DNA of 64,000 nt from Stegostoma tigrinum (lineage: Eukaryota), in contig NC_081393.1 of NCBI RefSeq assembly GCF_030684315.1, positions 14,503,479-14,567,478 on the forward strand, in the 5' to 3' direction. The notes beneath the pieces are model-generated. The model was not told the DNA's origin and searched no databases. It saw only the letters and a list, made by a program, of their open reading frames with translations. The translations under genes and the position numbers were made by a program. Below, in pieces: positions 25,307 to 40,065 of this stretch (positions are counted from its first letter, which is position 1; the number at the start of each line of letters is the position of its first letter).

Positions 25307-25739
25307 CTGCAAACATTGCAAGACATAAAATGAATTCTTACAAATCTTTTAGGATCATTACGTCAAAGATCAACACTCATTGTTAGAACCATGGAGCCTC
25401 ATTTGTCACCGGCCTGAACTCATCAACAGTTTAACCCCACGGTCCTTTCTCTTAATTTAAAGATCAAACCCTGACTGAAAGCCAAGCACAGTCACATTTC
25501 TTCTAGTGCACCAACGGCACTGTATTACCAGATTCTGCCCAGTGTTTTAGCCGGGCGACACAAATCTCGAGTCCTTTTCCACTTGCATACAACCTCCTCA
25601 ATCCATCACTTGCCCAATTACTCCATTGCAATGGTCAATTCCAGACAAGAGCAACTCTATTAATGAGCACCAACCTGGATTCATGATATCATATAAAATG
25701 TAGGCAAGGAACCACCCGCTGATTGCTTTCTCCTGCCTT

Positions 25740-26490
25740 AAGTCACTGATCAATCAGAAAAACCTGCACAATATCCAGATTTGGGTAACTATTTGTGCCA
25801 CACAAGTGCTCAGCAATGACCATCTCCAACGAGAATCTTGCCATCACCTTCTGACATTCCATGGCAATTACCCACAAACAACATTCTGGGGTTGGCCACT
25901 GGCCAGAAATTGAACTAACTCTCAATATAAATAAACACAGTTACAAGAGCAGGTCAAAGGCGAGGAATTCTGCACTAGCTAACTCACCTTCTGACTCCCC
26001 AAACCCTGTCCATCATCAGCAAGTCAAGCATGTGATATAATATGCCCTGTATGTCCGGATGAATGGGGGTCCAACACCACAAGAACCTTGACACCAAAAC
26101 AGGCCACTGAATTGGCACCACATCCACAGCCTCCACCACTGACGCTCAACAGCAGCAATACAGATCATGTACAAAATGCAGTGCAGAAATTCACCCAAGA
26201 TTCTTTTTCAAGACCCTTCTAAATTCACAATTACTCCATCTACAAGCCTGAGGACAGGAGATCTATGGAAACACCATAATTCGTCATTTCTCCTTTTAAG
26301 ACCTCAAAGTATGTCACTATTCCACTGTCATTTATTTAAATCCTAGAACTCCCTCCCTATTAAGCTAGAACCCACACCAAATGGACCACAATAGTTCAAG
26401 ATAGCAATACTCTACCACCATTTAAAGGGCAATTAAGGATGGAGAACAAATGCTGGCCCTGCCAAATTTCCTGAATGGATAAAAGGAACA
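25740..26490 (+). mobile_element. CR1/L2-superclade LINE 3' fragment (further fragments to about 27800)
   Basis: Homologous to 22150-24260; tail GGGCAATTAAGGATGG...AAATGCTGGCC. Confidence 0.65.
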
Positions 26491-27129
26491 CTGCGTTGAG
26501 CAGCACTTGGAAGAATCACTGTATGCACCAAGTGCACTGAATTTTACTCTGGGTATGTGCTTCAATGTCCATCATTGACTAGGTCAGTTGGACTGCTAGT
26601 GAAGGAGCTGGCAGAATCGTCAAGAATACAACTGCTAGAATAGGATTGTGGTCGATGGTTAACTAACCAACAAGAGAAAAATTTACCTGGTCTCAACTTT
26701 GCCAATCTGCCTTTTATATTCCTATGGCAGTATCAGAAGTGACCACCACAAGTGTGAAAACAATTTGCACAAACTGCGTAAGATCATTATTGTTTTGGGT
26801 GGCATCAGCACCATTCTAAATGGGATTGTATGAAAACCTGAAATCGAGCAGCTCAGAAACTAGGCATCTATGAGCTGCTTTGGACCACTTCAGCTGTATT
26901 GTAATCCACCAAGATCCAAAACACGGTTAGTGTAATCCTCATGCCACCACACAGTCATCAAGTGACGTGACCAATCTTGATTCAATGAAAAATGTGAAAG
27001 GGCATGTTACCTGAAAATGAGGTACTACAAACCAATGAGGCATCACTACTGTTTTCCATGCATGCTAATAGCAGTTATGGGTTCCACAAATCGAAGTTCT
27101 TTGTTCCAGTCACATCTAGTCCTGTTATA

Positions 27130-27605
27130 AGAGGATATTGTTAGACTGGAGAGGGTTCAGAGGAGATTTATCAAGATGTTTCTGGGTGTGGAAGGTTTGA
27201 GTTATAAGGAGCGGTTGGAACATTTTTCACTGGTGTACAGGTGACCTTTGGAGGTTTATAAGATCATGAGGGGTATAGATAGAATTAATGGCAGGTGTCT
27301 TTTCCCTGGGATGAGGGATTTCAAGAGTAGGGGAGACATTTTTAAAGAGGAGAGGACAGAGATTTAAAAAAAGATATAAGAGGCAATTTTTTTTTTAAAA
27401 AAAAGAGCGTGGTTCATGTCTGGAATGAACTTCCAGAGGAAATGGTAGATGTGGGCACAACGACAATGTTTGAAAGACATTTGGTAAGTACATGAATAGC
27501 AAGGGTTGGGAGGTTTACGGGCCTGGTGGAATGAGTTTAGTTTGGATTATGCTCAGCATGGACTAGTTGGACCCAAGTGTCTGGTTATGTGCTGTATGAG
27601 TGTAT
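27130..27605 (+). mobile_element. CR1 LINE 3' fragment
   Basis: LERVQRRF and EVYKIMRGIDR motifs; CR1 3' UTR. Confidence 0.8.
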
Positions 27606-27895
27606 CAATGGTGATAGGCAATTAAAACAAGACTTCAAACCTCCCACCTAAATGATGGCAGAACCAGCACATGAGGCAAAAAAGTCTGAAGAATCTTCAA
27701 ACCCATCTGCAGTCAAAAGTGCTGACAGGATCACCAAATCTAGCCACTTCCAGACGTCCCCATGATCTTAGGCGTCGGCTTTCAGCTGATCAATTCACCC
27801 ACAGGCAGAAAAGAAATGGCCTTGTATAATCATTTTGGATTAATGTTTTCTCAATGCTATTTCAGATTGCTCAACCACTATGCGGTAAATCTTAC

Positions 27896-27981
27896 CATGA
27901 AGGAGAGGGTGAGATCTGGCATTCCAGTCAGTTTCACACAAGCATCAATGACACCCTGTATTTCAGCAAATACTGTTGAAC
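27896..27981 (-). CDS. AP3M2: AP3M2 coding exon 4
   Basis: AG|(G)STVFAEIQGVIDACVKLTGMPDLTLSFM|GTAAGA; 86 nt. Confidence 0.96.
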
Positions 27982-30277
27982 CTATAGTAATGTGACATCA
28001 GCATTAATGAAAACAAAATGCTCAATAAGAACGACATGCACAAACAATTAGGTATTTGCTTGTAAAGGAAATTAACTCAAATAACGTCAAAGAAGTCAGA
28101 ACCATGCAACTGAGTTCCTTATTATTTTAAACAAAAAAACGCATGATTTTCCAGAAACCACGCCTTCCATTCTGGAGCACATAAGGACTAAGGCTACACA
28201 CAATGCCTGGTACGAACACTTTTCCAACTAGCATTGCACTTCAGAGTGGGCATGAGCAATGAAGACCAAGTGTATCCAAGTTTTACCACTGGACAGGTCA
28301 CAACGAAACACAGCATTATGTACTAACTGGTATCCAGAATACTGTAGCACAGCTCACTGTAGATGATAATATATAGTGGATAAAACCCAGCCCCAATTCT
28401 GAAAATGCATTGCTGGAGGGGGTGTTGGAATTATATTCAATATTAACTTTGAAAAAGGGAATATACTTGTAAAGGAAATGTTTTCAGCACCCTGATGCAA
28501 GAGCAGGAGAATGGGTTAACTAGAATAATTATTTCAGTGAGCCAGTCTAAATCTGGTGGGTTGCCTCATGCTGATTCCATCACTGTAGCAAGTGCACAGC
28601 ATAACAAAAATATTATATTTCTACATTTCCAATCTTTGCAACAGCAGAAGCAATATATTGTGTATTGATCAAACATAACTTCGAGATGAGATGACTGGAT
28701 GAGAGTCCAAAGTTAATCTCATGTCTGCACCATAGTCACAATTCACAGGCCTCATACAATAATAGGCCTCAGTGACTTGTTCGGAAAGAGGTGAGATTGC
28801 ATACACTTTCTGTCTAGTTCATTACAACAGCCAAGTGTTCAACATTAACATTCAGCTCAAGTGGCTAATAATATTAACCAACCAACATGGGGATGAGGTT
28901 ACAAATAAACAGTCAACACAAGAAACAGAAACGCAAGTATTACCAGAACTTAAGTTGTCTCAAAGTGCCATTACACAAAGAATGATTGGCAGGTTGCAAC
29001 ATTGAACAAGATGTAAATTAATCAAGGTGTGCCTAAGCTTCATCAGCTCACAGGTCTGACACCAATAGTAAGATCAAATAGTAACTCCATTACATGTCTT
29101 TTGGGGGCAGCTTCAGTGATACCAATGAATGGCTTGGGGTAAAACAGAATCGATCAATGTCTACTTGTCCTGTATCTCGATGAAGCATTTCAATTTTAAC
29201 ACTGATGCTCAGCGAGCAAGCAAGCAAGCCAGAATATAATATTTGGTTGTAAGTTTATGACTTACATTCAATGTCAACAATGTTAAATTTTCAGGCAACA
29301 GAACATAATGGGTGTTGCTGAAATGACACTGATTTTTCATCATTGTTGTTTCTATTCTTTTGTCAATTTTGAATTACAAACTGGAAATGACTTAGAGACT
29401 TTGGGACAGCTTGTGGTAACAGAAAAAGAACAGACCAAACGAGTTTTCTTTGTTAGAGAGACTAGGCCTGGGGGATAGTTTAGTCTGATTCATGATTAAA
29501 GGATTTCCAATGGATACAGTGACCCCAGGAAGATTAATCAGATTGCAGAAGATGGCCAGAAACAACCTGGGAATTGGTTCCAGCAAGTCTGAAGAGATCC
29601 AATGTTCAAGCAGATGACAGCTATTGAATCGTAATTGAGTCGTCAGGAAGAGGATATCAGAGCAGATTCAGATTTGAAGTCTTTTTTCCAACTATGCTTT
29701 ACAAGAGATGTTTTGTAGCTATTGCTGAGACAGCATGAAGATTTGAAAGCTCTCCGACTAATCTGCGACACCACCTTTCAGAATTCCAAAGACTAGAAAC
29801 TTGAATTCAAAGCATTGGCTTTACCTGGGTGAACTGATCACATGTCAGGAACAGCAGTCATGGAGTCCACATTTATGACTGAACGATGGATCGTGAAAGC
29901 CATTTATCTAGTCAGTGCTAACCACTGAGCCAGGAAGCCGCCCCGGAGGACTGAAAACAAATGTTGAATTTAAAGCACAGACATTAATTAGCTTACCGTG
30001 TTTTTTTTTATTTTCTTTCTGCTAGAATTATTGTGTATTTTATAAATAGTTGCCTTTTGTTTCAGATTCAAAACTGGAATCTGAATTTTACTTTTGACAA
30101 AGTCTGGACTTTGTTATTGAAAAGCTAGAAACCATTGGGTTGACTATTTGGGGATGTCGATGGTATAATTTTACTATGGTGTGGAGACAGATAGAAAGTC
30201 TGATTTGATTCAGCTGTCTTTCTCTGTATCGTAACGGAATTCATCAATGACTAAGAATGCTACAACACCACCTGTAC

Positions 30278-30415
30278 CTGATTTGTCTATGATGGCATCT
30301 ATCTCTTCCACCACGTCAAAGTAGGCTTCATTGTTCGCATACCTCACTCCAGTGCGGCGCCAGGGCACCACAGACAGCTGCCCTGTGGGGAGATGGTCCC
30401 CAACATTGGTACTAC
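30278..30415 (-). CDS. AP3M2: AP3M2 coding exon 3
   Basis: AG|(G)STNVGDHLPTGQLSVVPWRRTGVRYANNEAYFDVVEEIDAIIDKS(G)|GTACAG; 138 nt. Confidence 0.96.
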
Positions 30416-31199
30416 CTACAAAAAACAAAAATCAAAAAGCTAAATGGCTCATCTGTTATCTCAGCAATATGTATTAGTTCAGAAAAACTGAACATTTTAT
30501 TAAGTTTGAGCAGTTGCTTTTCAATTAAATATCTTGGAATTGAATGTTGTGATTCAATGAGTGCCTGAATAAAAGAAAAACTACCAGAGAAAATTACACT
30601 AAGAAAAGATTCAGCAAAACCTGAAATTCAACATATGTTGCAATACTTTCACATGATCAAAAGCTGCCAGCCATGAACATTTTTCTCTCAGGAATTCTTC
30701 AGAGATACTTCATGAGTACTCCTTGTGCTCTACATTTTGCTGTAAAGGCAACAAAGGCAATTCATTTACTTCCAGCAAGACATGGCACGTCGATTGAACT
30801 GCACCTCAGCAGACGACTGCAATATTGGCAATCAAATTTAAAGCATCTACTCTCAAAGCATCGTGAAATACATCTCTTGTACCTGTTGTTAATGTAAAAC
30901 ACTGCAGGTTGTGCAATTACATGCAGTGTTTTAAAATATGTTGGCAAATAAGTTTTGCAGCTTAAATCGTGCAAATGGACAAATGAAATATACCAGACAT
31001 GTCAAAAATAAGACATGATGTGTTATTTCATTGCTAGTGTACATGGAAGGGAAGGTTCCTCACTGCACTGATATTGAAGCCATATAGTATAACTATATCA
31101 AATAGGTCTTCCATAACCAAGTTACATTTGATGCCTGTAGGCAAACAGGACTAGTTCAGCTCAGGAAACCGAGTCAGCATGGCCATGTTGGGCCTAAGG

Positions 31200-32420
31200 G
31201 CCTGTTTCCGTGCTGTATCACACAGTCTGACGCCAATGACTGATTGGACTTCTTGATTGAATTTTTTGAAGAGGAGGTGACCAGGGGTGTGAATGAGGGT
31301 GATGTTTTTGATGTTATTAATTTGGAATTCAGCAAGGCTTTTTATCATGTCCTGCACAGGAGACCGATAGCAACAATCCATGGGATCCAAGGGAACTTGG
31401 CTCATTAATCCACAGTCCAATTTGTGGCAGGAAACTCATGGGGATGGTCAACGGGTGTTTTACCCACTGGAAGTCTGCGTCCTGCAAGGACGCACAGGGA
31501 TTGCTGTTGGGCCACGTGCTATTTAAAGGTTAATACAAATGAATGCTGGAAGGTTGATTAGTAAATTTGCACACTATATAAAAATTGGTGGAGCAGTAAA
31601 TAGTGAGCAGAACAGCCTTAGATTACAAGAGGATATAGTCAGGCTGTTCAAATGAGCAAATAGAATTCAATCCGAATAAATAAGAGGTGATGCAGGACAA
31701 ACCAAGCAAGGTAATACATGACGAACGATTGGACCTAGGGAAGCACCAACGATCAGACACAGCTTGGCATGCAAGTGCATCAGTCCCTTAAGGGATCAGG
31801 ACAAGTTGATAAAGTGGTTAAGAAAGCATACGGTATACTAGCCTTCATTTGTCAAAGTACAGAGATTATCAGCCGGGGGAGTTACGCTGAAACTGTATAA
31901 TACGTTCATTAGGCGACAGCTATAGCAATGGGTCCAGTTCTGCAATCCACACTGTAGCAACGATAGTACTGGAGAGGGTCCAGAGGAGATTTAGCAGGAT
32001 GTTATCTGGACTGGAGAGTTTTCATTCTGAAGAAAGATCAGACAAACTGGGGCTGTTTTCCTTGGAGTAGATCAGACTGAGGGGGAACACGATTAAGACC
32101 TCTAAAATTATGAAAGTTCCAGATCGGGTGGACAGGGAGACATTTCCCCTCTTAATAGAGGGATCATTGATCAATAGCCTGAAGGTTTGGAGGTGTGTGG
32201 AAAGGCTTATGCATCTCGAGGGTGCTGGAAGTTTGGAATTCACTGCCCAGAAGGGTGATGGAGGCAGAAACCCTCATGAGATTTCACAAGTATTTACAGG
32301 TGCACTTGTAAAAGGCTTTGACCCAAATGCTGGAGAATAGGATTCGAATAATTAAGTTTTTGTTTTTGACCGATGCAGAGACTACAGGCTGAAGGGCCTC
32401 TTTCTGCACTGCAAATCTCT
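31200..32420 (+). mobile_element. Decayed CR1 LINE RT and 3' end
   Basis: EFSKAF-like motif, SKFAHY (degenerate FADD), LERVQRRF. Confidence 0.75.
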
Positions 32421-32592
32421 ATCACTAATATTTGGGAGAAGTGGACCTTATCAACTATACAGGAGTAGAAACTGCTTGGCCGATTGCTCCTCATTTGTAA
32501 ACTATGCCCAGGATATACGAAGACGATATCATAAAACATGATAAATTCCAACTGTTTTGGTAGTTTCTCTTGTTATGTGCCATAATACATAC

Positions 32593-32764
32593 CAGTGATC
32601 GTATTCACAACAGTACGAAGAATGGTGGGAGGTCTGATCAGCTCCTTTAAAATATTAGACTCAGTTGCCAATGGGAAGCCATTGTCCAACATCTCTTCCA
32701 ATACCTCATATACAACCACAACATTGTCTTTGATTGCCACTTCAGAACAGGTTCCAAAATAGTC
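32593..32764 (-). CDS. AP3M2: AP3M2 coding exon 2
   Basis: AG|DYFGTCSEVAIKDNVVVVYEVLEEMLDNGFPLATESNILKELIRPPTILRTVVNTIT(G)|GTATGT; 172 nt; frame consistent with neighbours. Confidence 0.96.
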
Positions 32765-33446
32765 CTAGATAAAGAGGATCAAGAATCATCATCAGTATTG
32801 GAAATATTTAAGATGTGGGATTTATGGAAATATCCCACCAACTTATTACAAATTACTTTTAGTTCTGATTTAAATCAGAGGTGTGGAAACAAATGCAAAC
32901 CAAAAATCAAAATGAAAAAAGGACTGTTTTAATAGTTTTAAAACTAAACATTGGAGATAAATTAATAGCTCTTCAGTATGTGATTATCTATTCTTCAGTT
33001 TTAGATTCTTTACAAATACTGGGAATAATGCAATGGTGACCACCCATTGACCATTAAATTTAATGCATTGAAAGAGCTAATTAAAAATTAGCTTTCTCAG
33101 ATTGATATGTCTTGTGAAACTGTGCTTTCTGAATTGTAGGTGATGGCCTAATGCCTATTCTGTATCTTTTTTGCTTCACTTTCTCTAATTCAGCAAAGAA
33201 CATAGAATTCTGGGAATTTACACAGGTCCATGTGCATGTGCCTCAGCATGTTCATTAATATGCCACATTTCATTTATATTGAATGGCTTGTCCCAAATGT
33301 CAAGAAAGGACCATTTATATGTAATGAACAGGATAGCACTCAAAAAGTGATCAATTTCGCATCCTTAATTCTATGCCATTTTTCTCAGCAGTCCAAAACA
33401 AAAAACTGCCTTCCCAGGCCACAGGTCCACAACTTGACAGCCAGCA

Positions 33447-35660
33447 ATCATAGAATCATTAGGTACAGAGGATGTCCTTTGGCCCAATGTGTCTGTCCTG
33501 CCAAAAATAAATGGTGACCTGCGCTAGTCCCAGGTTCCAGTCTGAGGCCCATAGCCTTGGATGTTATGACTTCAAGTGCTCCTCCAAGTAGTTTTTAAAA
33601 GGCAGAGAGGTTGCCTGCCTCAACATCCCTCCCAGGCAGTGTATTCTAGACCCTCACCAGCCTCTGCATGAAAAAAAACTTTCAAGTCCCCTCTAGCTCA
33701 ACCACGAATGTTCTGAAATAGGAAATTCCAAAGACTAACAACTGAGTGAAAAATAAAATTCCTCATTTTCTTAAAGGGGGCCCCCTCACCCTGAAGCTGT
33801 CACTCTTGTTTTGGATTTTGCCATAAGGAAACATCTTCCCAGCATTTACACTGTCAAGTCCCCTTGCAATCTTGTGTCAAAAATATCAGCCCCATTCTTC
33901 TAAACTCCTAAATTTATCCCAGGACTCAACCTGGTAAATCCTTTCTAAACTGCCTCCAAAGCATGTATAGTGGTGCCACTGATACAAATCACTCAGGAAG
34001 TTGAAAGTGTTGTAACGGAATGCGCTTTTTCTACTACAGAAGTGGTGGAGGCCAGAATGTTGAACGTTTTCAATGTGCAAGTAGATGTTCTTTGTAGGGC
34101 TAAAGGAATCAAAATGTATAGAGAGAAAGCAGGATCGGGATTCAGAGTTGGAAGATCAGCCATCACTGCATTGAATAGTACTGCAGGCTCAAAGGCCTGA
34201 ATAGGTACTCCTGCTTTCTATGTTCCTATGTTTTGTTTGAATGATGCAGGATGGTGCTCAATTGAGCAATGATTAACACTTGCATTTCCTTCCCATCACA
34301 TAGCTGACCAAGAATCTCACCAAGAAGGATTTTATGCCCTGCCATTGCCTTGTGTTCGAGATTTGCAAGTTAATATTCAATCTGTTTAGGTACATAATAA
34401 ATGCACCTTCCTTGGCCATCAGATCCTCAGGAGAGATGGGACTCTGGACTGGAGACATCAATGCAACCCGCTGTGCCACAAGACCTCTTTAATGCCAGCA
34501 CACTGTCATGAGACAGATAATACAAAGCCTATTGCAGATGCAGTCCTACCAATGCCCTCAACAGTGATAATGTAACTTCCCACCTTTTATGCTCATGAAA
34601 CATGAAAGTTACCTTCCTAATTATTTGCTGCACTACTATGCTAACGTTATTATTCAAATACAAGTACGTTCGGATCCTATGCACCGCATACATTATTTTG
34701 CTTCACTTCTTTCTCCCAAAATGGAGAGCTTCACATTTCCCTTCAATATACTGCATATGTTAATTTTTTGACCAGTCACTTAACCTCTCTATAGTCATTT
34801 GCAACTCTTTACATCTTTTGTGCAATTTGCATTCTTGAGTCAGAGTCATACAGCACAGAAACAAGATGCTCCAGTCTAACCAGTCCATGACAAACAAAAC
34901 TAGTCCTACCTGCCTGCACTTGGTCCAAATCCCTTCAAACATTTCTTGTTCATGTCCTTCAAATTCTTTTAAACGTTGTAACTGTACCCATATACATCAC
35001 TTCCTCTGGAAGTTCATTCCACGTACAAACCAATCCCTGTTTGAAACAACTGTCTTTCATTTCTTTTTAAAATCTCTCCTCTCATCTTAAAAATATACCC
35101 CATTGTCGTGAAATCCTCCACCCCAGGGAAAAGACACTTGCCATTCATCTTATCTAAAGACTTCATGGTTTTGTAAGTCTTTATAAAGGTCACCCCACAA
35201 CATTCTATGCTCCAGCCTATACAGCCTCTCCTGAAAACTTAAACTTACTAGCAAATTTGGTTAAATTATGGGTTGGTCCTTTCATCCAAATCATGAATAA
35301 AGATTAGAATTACATTAGGACTCAGCACTGATCTCTTGTTCACCCCATTTGTTTCACATTATTAAATCTTAAAATAACCTTTTTATCCTGAATATTGTCT
35401 GCTAGTGAAACAATCTTGCGCCATGCTAATATATTACACCCAACCTCATGAGCTCTCTTGTACAGCATGAGGCATCCGATCAAATGTCTTTGGAAAATCC
35501 AAAAATATTGTGTTTGTGCCTCTTCAGTCTGCAAGGACATTTGCACAATTTAAGGAATTTTTTAAGATGACAACCAAGCCATCCACTATCTCTGCGGCCT
35601 CTTGTTTTAAACATACAAGGTTGCAGGCCAATAGATCCAAAGGACTCATCCTCGAGAAAT
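33447..35660 (-). mobile_element. Cluster of CR1 fragments (mostly minus; one plus fragment at 34015-34230) and a tRNA-head SINE at about 34280-34480
   Basis: CR1 tails (ATCATAGAATC, GAGTCATACAGCAC), LDFPKTFD-like RT motif near 35490. Confidence 0.6.
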
Positions 35661-37194
35661 TTTTCTCTGTTGATTCTGACCATTTTATGTTCCACTATCC
35701 TGTTTGACCCTTGCTGTTATGCAATTTTTGGGAGACTTTTCATGTCCTCCGCATTGTAAGATGGCACAATGCGTGTTCAAAGACTCTACAATGTACTTGC
35801 TGTCTGCAGTTAATTCTACAGGTTTGTCATTTCAGATAATGTTTACAGCACCAGGACCATATTTTCAGTTCCAGAAGAGTTTTTTTAAGCAGTGGGCTTA
35901 CAGTGTCTTCAGCTCCTTGGGTGGCTTGGACCCAAAGTATCAGGGTCACCTTTTCTTCCCTTTGATTGTTTTGAACAATCATAGGACACAAGTAGAGATA
36001 AACCACAAGCATAGGCCCATAGTTATATAACTTGCTTCCTGAGGGCTGGATCACAGCAGTCACATGACTTGACAGATGGTCATGGGATGTGTCAAAGATT
36101 CTGCAGTGGTTCCTCAAGAATTTGATTTCACGTGCTCGGTTTATTGAAGCAATGGATCCTTAGTGACAAAGAGTGCTCAGTAGTTATCTTAGAGCAATGT
36201 ACAGTTCCTGTCTCAGTATGGTTACTGGTCACCGAGAAAAAAAACCAAGGTTAATTTTACTTTTGTGCCTCCTCATATTGATTTATCAAAACAGCCAACT
36301 GCAGAGCAGCTGACCTGGATAATCTTGTCAAATAAGAAAAACATAAGGGAGTTTAAATAGGCAGATATTACACAAAGTCAGTCCGAACAGAAATCAACGA
36401 TCGCAAACCTGATGTCCAAAATTGATTCATAACGAGCTGCTCTTAAAAAAAAATTTCACTGATCAGCTGATGAGAGCAAACTCCAACTGGCCATAACATT
36501 AATTCCTCCTGTTTTCAACAAATAACTGTTGCAATAGTCACCAGCAACATGAGCTCTGTTGCTGCATAGCAGCAGCACAATAACTCTTAACATGAATATT
36601 TAAATGACTGAAGATCAGATTGACTCTCCAGGTTGTGTTTTATTCCCCCTTAGTTAAGTTGGTATGGCGCAACACAGAAGAACTGGCAGGCTGTGCATTG
36701 GACAGAACAAATTGCGGAGCTTTAGGGAAAGGGCAGGGGAAGTGTTTGAACTGTATTTTTCAGAACAGTATAGAGTGAGCTTCTCCAAGGTTCATTCTAA
36801 ACCAACTCTTTACCATGACAAAAAGTAATGATCCAGACTCGTTTATACAGACAGCACAATTTAAAAATTTGAAGTGGACAAAAAAAGTTTAGAAGTTGTG
36901 TTAAATATGAACAATGATACTCTAAGGGAACATGGACTGGCTAATATAGAGAGTGGACATGTCAAATATGATGTTTAATACTGACAAGTGTGAAGTGAAT
37001 ATTGTTAAGAGTGTAGCAGGGCCTCCAACTGAATTGGCAGTGGACAGGGAAAGTTCATTCGTTCCTTTGGTCCCCTCTTTGTAGGGAGCAGTGTCTGAGG
37101 TCAGCTGTGGAAGATCGAGGCCACGGGCAAGAAACAAAGTGAAAGATTCACGAGTAGGAAGCATCTGATACTCGAGAACCAGGAAAGGGAGCAG

Positions 37195-37425
37195 ATGTGA
37201 AACTGATGAGTCAGAGAGAGAGAAGACAGAGGGAAAAAAAAGAGAGCGCGAGAGAGCGAGAGCAAGAGACAGCGAGGAAAAGTGAAAGAGAAAAAACCAA
37301 AGAAAAGAATGAGATAGAGGGAAAAGTGAGTGAAAGGCGAGAGAAAAAAAGGGCTTGACAGACAACAGTGAGACACGCACATCCCCCAACTTGACAAAGA
37401 TTGAAGAAAAGATTGAAGAAAGTAG
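37195..37425 (+). repeat. Purine-rich (GA) low-complexity tract
   Basis: GAGAGAGAGA/AAAGA runs; generates the spurious F/S/L-rich minus-strand ORFs. Confidence 0.7.
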
Positions 37426-37759
37426 TTCCTCATCCCTGGATCTATGTGGTTAGACTGGAAAAGCTGTGGTTGTTATCCTTGGAGAAGTTTTAGAGGTATT
37501 TTGACAGATGTTCGAAATCACGCAAGGTCGAGAGTAAGTCGCCAGAGAGGAAGTGGTCCTTTTAATGGAAGGGTCAATACCTTGGGAACACAAATATCTA
37601 AATAACTGGTAAAAGAACATGTGGAAAAAAAAGTTCATTAGCTTCACCAAAGAACAGTGACCAATTAGGACCTGAAGTGCAATGCCTATCAATGTGGTGG
37701 AGGCAGATTCAAGCATGACTGTCAAAAGGGCTGTGAATCACCACAGCAGAAACAATTTG

Positions 37760-38130
37760 ATTTATTTTTTTTTGTCACGTATAGCAAAGTTTAGTCAAAT
37801 ACTTGGTTTATAAGCAGTACAGGCAGATCACACTAAGCAAGGATGTACAGATGAAAATGATGTAGACAGAGGTATTCAGGTTACATTGCACAGGGCGTGT
37901 GCTCACCAAGACCAACTTTAGCAAAATCATTATTTGAGGCTCGAGAGTCCATTCGTCAGTCTAATAACAGCCAGAAAGCAGCTGTTCCTGAACGTGCTGG
38001 TGCATGTTCAGGCTTCTGTACTTTCTGCCTGATGGAAGTAGTTGTAGGGATGCAATGGGTGTTTGATTATGTTGGCAGCCTGTCCGCAGCAGCAAGTCAT
38101 GCAAATGTGTGTGTGGAATTGGAAGGAGCG
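37760..38130 (-). mobile_element. Rex1/Babar-like LINE 3' end
   Basis: Minus-strand LPSGRKYRSL motif followed by AATAAA near 37760. Confidence 0.55.
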
Positions 38131-39555
38131 TGAGCTACTGTTGTACACAGCAGATAATGGTAATCTTGACAGCTATGTGAACAGGAACTATTGTAAGACT
38201 GTTTCTCACCACACCATAAATGTGTATTCATTCCTGAAGTCTGCAGTTTGAAATTTAGTCAGGGGAAATAGCAACTGGGGGGGACAAGTAACTTGCAATA
38301 ATCTTGGAGCAGGAATCAGGCAACGATCTGATGATATTCTCCTCCCCATCGAATAATAAGGATCAGAAGTGGGTTTAATTGCAATGATATCAATCATCGA
38401 ACAGATTTGGTGAATGGGCGTGTGCATAACAAGTGGCTACAAAATGCAAGCTGAGAAAATGAAAACTCAAAGTAATTGACTCTACCTCAAATCGATGAAA
38501 TTCCAACTGGAACTCCACTAATGTGGCCACAGATGAGCAGGAACAATCCGATAACTGACTTCTTTTGGACACTGGTACCAGTATAACACAGATATCAGGT
38601 ATTAACATGGCATCATCTTGGTTTTCAACTTAGCCATCAAACTGCAAAAGGTACAGTCCATACAAATTCTACTTCAGGAAATGTGTTCTGTTACTGCTCC
38701 TGAAGAGCAGAGTTTCTTCAGTAAAGTACTGTTATGATCTCAAACTAAGGTATGCGGCAATTAGTCAACAAGTCTGATTTTCGACTGGAACCTTGCTCAA
38801 CAGATCATATTTTGATTTCTTTTGTAGTTCACGAAGTGGTCTTTTGCTGAACAAAGCATGCAACATTGCGGCTTTGCGTCAACAATAAATTAGAAGTCAA
38901 AACACAAGAAATTATGACCAAAGACAATAAACCAAACAACTTATTTATAAACACAAATTCAAACTATTTTCAAGCACAGTAGTACGATTCAAATAGTCCC
39001 AAGACACTTCTTTCTAAGTTTAAAGAAAAAAATCCAACATCCATATCCAAAAGCACCCATATTGCAGCATTCAAACTAGGGGTAGAAAATCTTTCCCTCA
39101 CAGCTCGGTAAGTTTAAAGGTAACAGGATACAGATAGATTAGGTGAATAGGCACATCTGTAGCAGGTCAACTTTAACGTAACAAAGTAGAATGTAATCTA
39201 TTATACACCAAAAATTGATTTAGATTTAGAAGGCACAAGTTTCAATACAGTGCATGCCCAACAATATTTCAGGGTTCAGGTGCATAGCTCTTTAAAATGC
39301 CACCAACAGGTACAGAAAATACTGAAGGCAGCTCATGGAATGCTAGCAGTCATAACCAAAGGACTGGAGTATAGGGATGCAGAGGTTATGCTGCCACGAT
39401 ACAAAGTTCTAGTTAGATCCCACTTAGAGTACTCAGAGCAGATCTGGGCACCTTAACTTAGGAAGGATGTTTTTGCCCTGGGAGGGGGTGTTCAATACAG
39501 GTTTACAACCATGTCACCTGGAATTCAAGGGTTGCTAGAAGTACAGATTGGACAA

Positions 39556-39886
39556 GGTTGCAGATATGCTTGCCAAGCTGGTGTGTTTGGTTGCAGGCGT
39601 TTCGTCACTGTGCTTGGTAACAGTCTGTGCGCCTCCGGTGAAGCGTTCATGTTCCATCCCGCTTGTTATTTACAAGCCTCACTTTGCTGGGGTGGTTGGC
39701 ATTACTTCCGGTTGTGTGTTTTTCGGCATTTTGTATATCGGGTCCAGACCAATGCGTTTGTTGACAGAGTTCCAGTTGGAATGCCAGGCCTCCAGTAATT
39801 CCCTGGCGAGTCTCTATTTGGCCAAACAAGAGCAAGTCTACAACCTTCTCCACAACACTGGCTACAAATCTTCGCAAAAACTTTAG
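39556..39886. mobile_element. PLE family 2 inverted mini-element with 11-bp TSD
   Basis: AGATT(G/A)GACAA at 39545-39555 and 39887-39897; GIY-YIG C-terminal segment on minus; ends GCTACAAATCTT like 4238-4250. Confidence 0.7.
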
Positions 39887-40065
39887 AGATTAGACAAATT
39901 AGGTCTTTTATATTCTCGAATTTAGAAGGTCAAGGGGTGAAATAATTGATGTTTTCATAATATTAACGAGGAAAGACATAGTCAATAAAGATAATTAATT
40001 CCACTGATTGAAAATTCTAGAACCAGGAGGCTTAGTCTAAGAATTTAGGCCAGGCCATTTACGAG

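Noticed and set aside
36922-37433. Hydrophobic minus-strand ORFs as membrane proteins
   Set aside because: Artefact of the GA-rich low-complexity tract.
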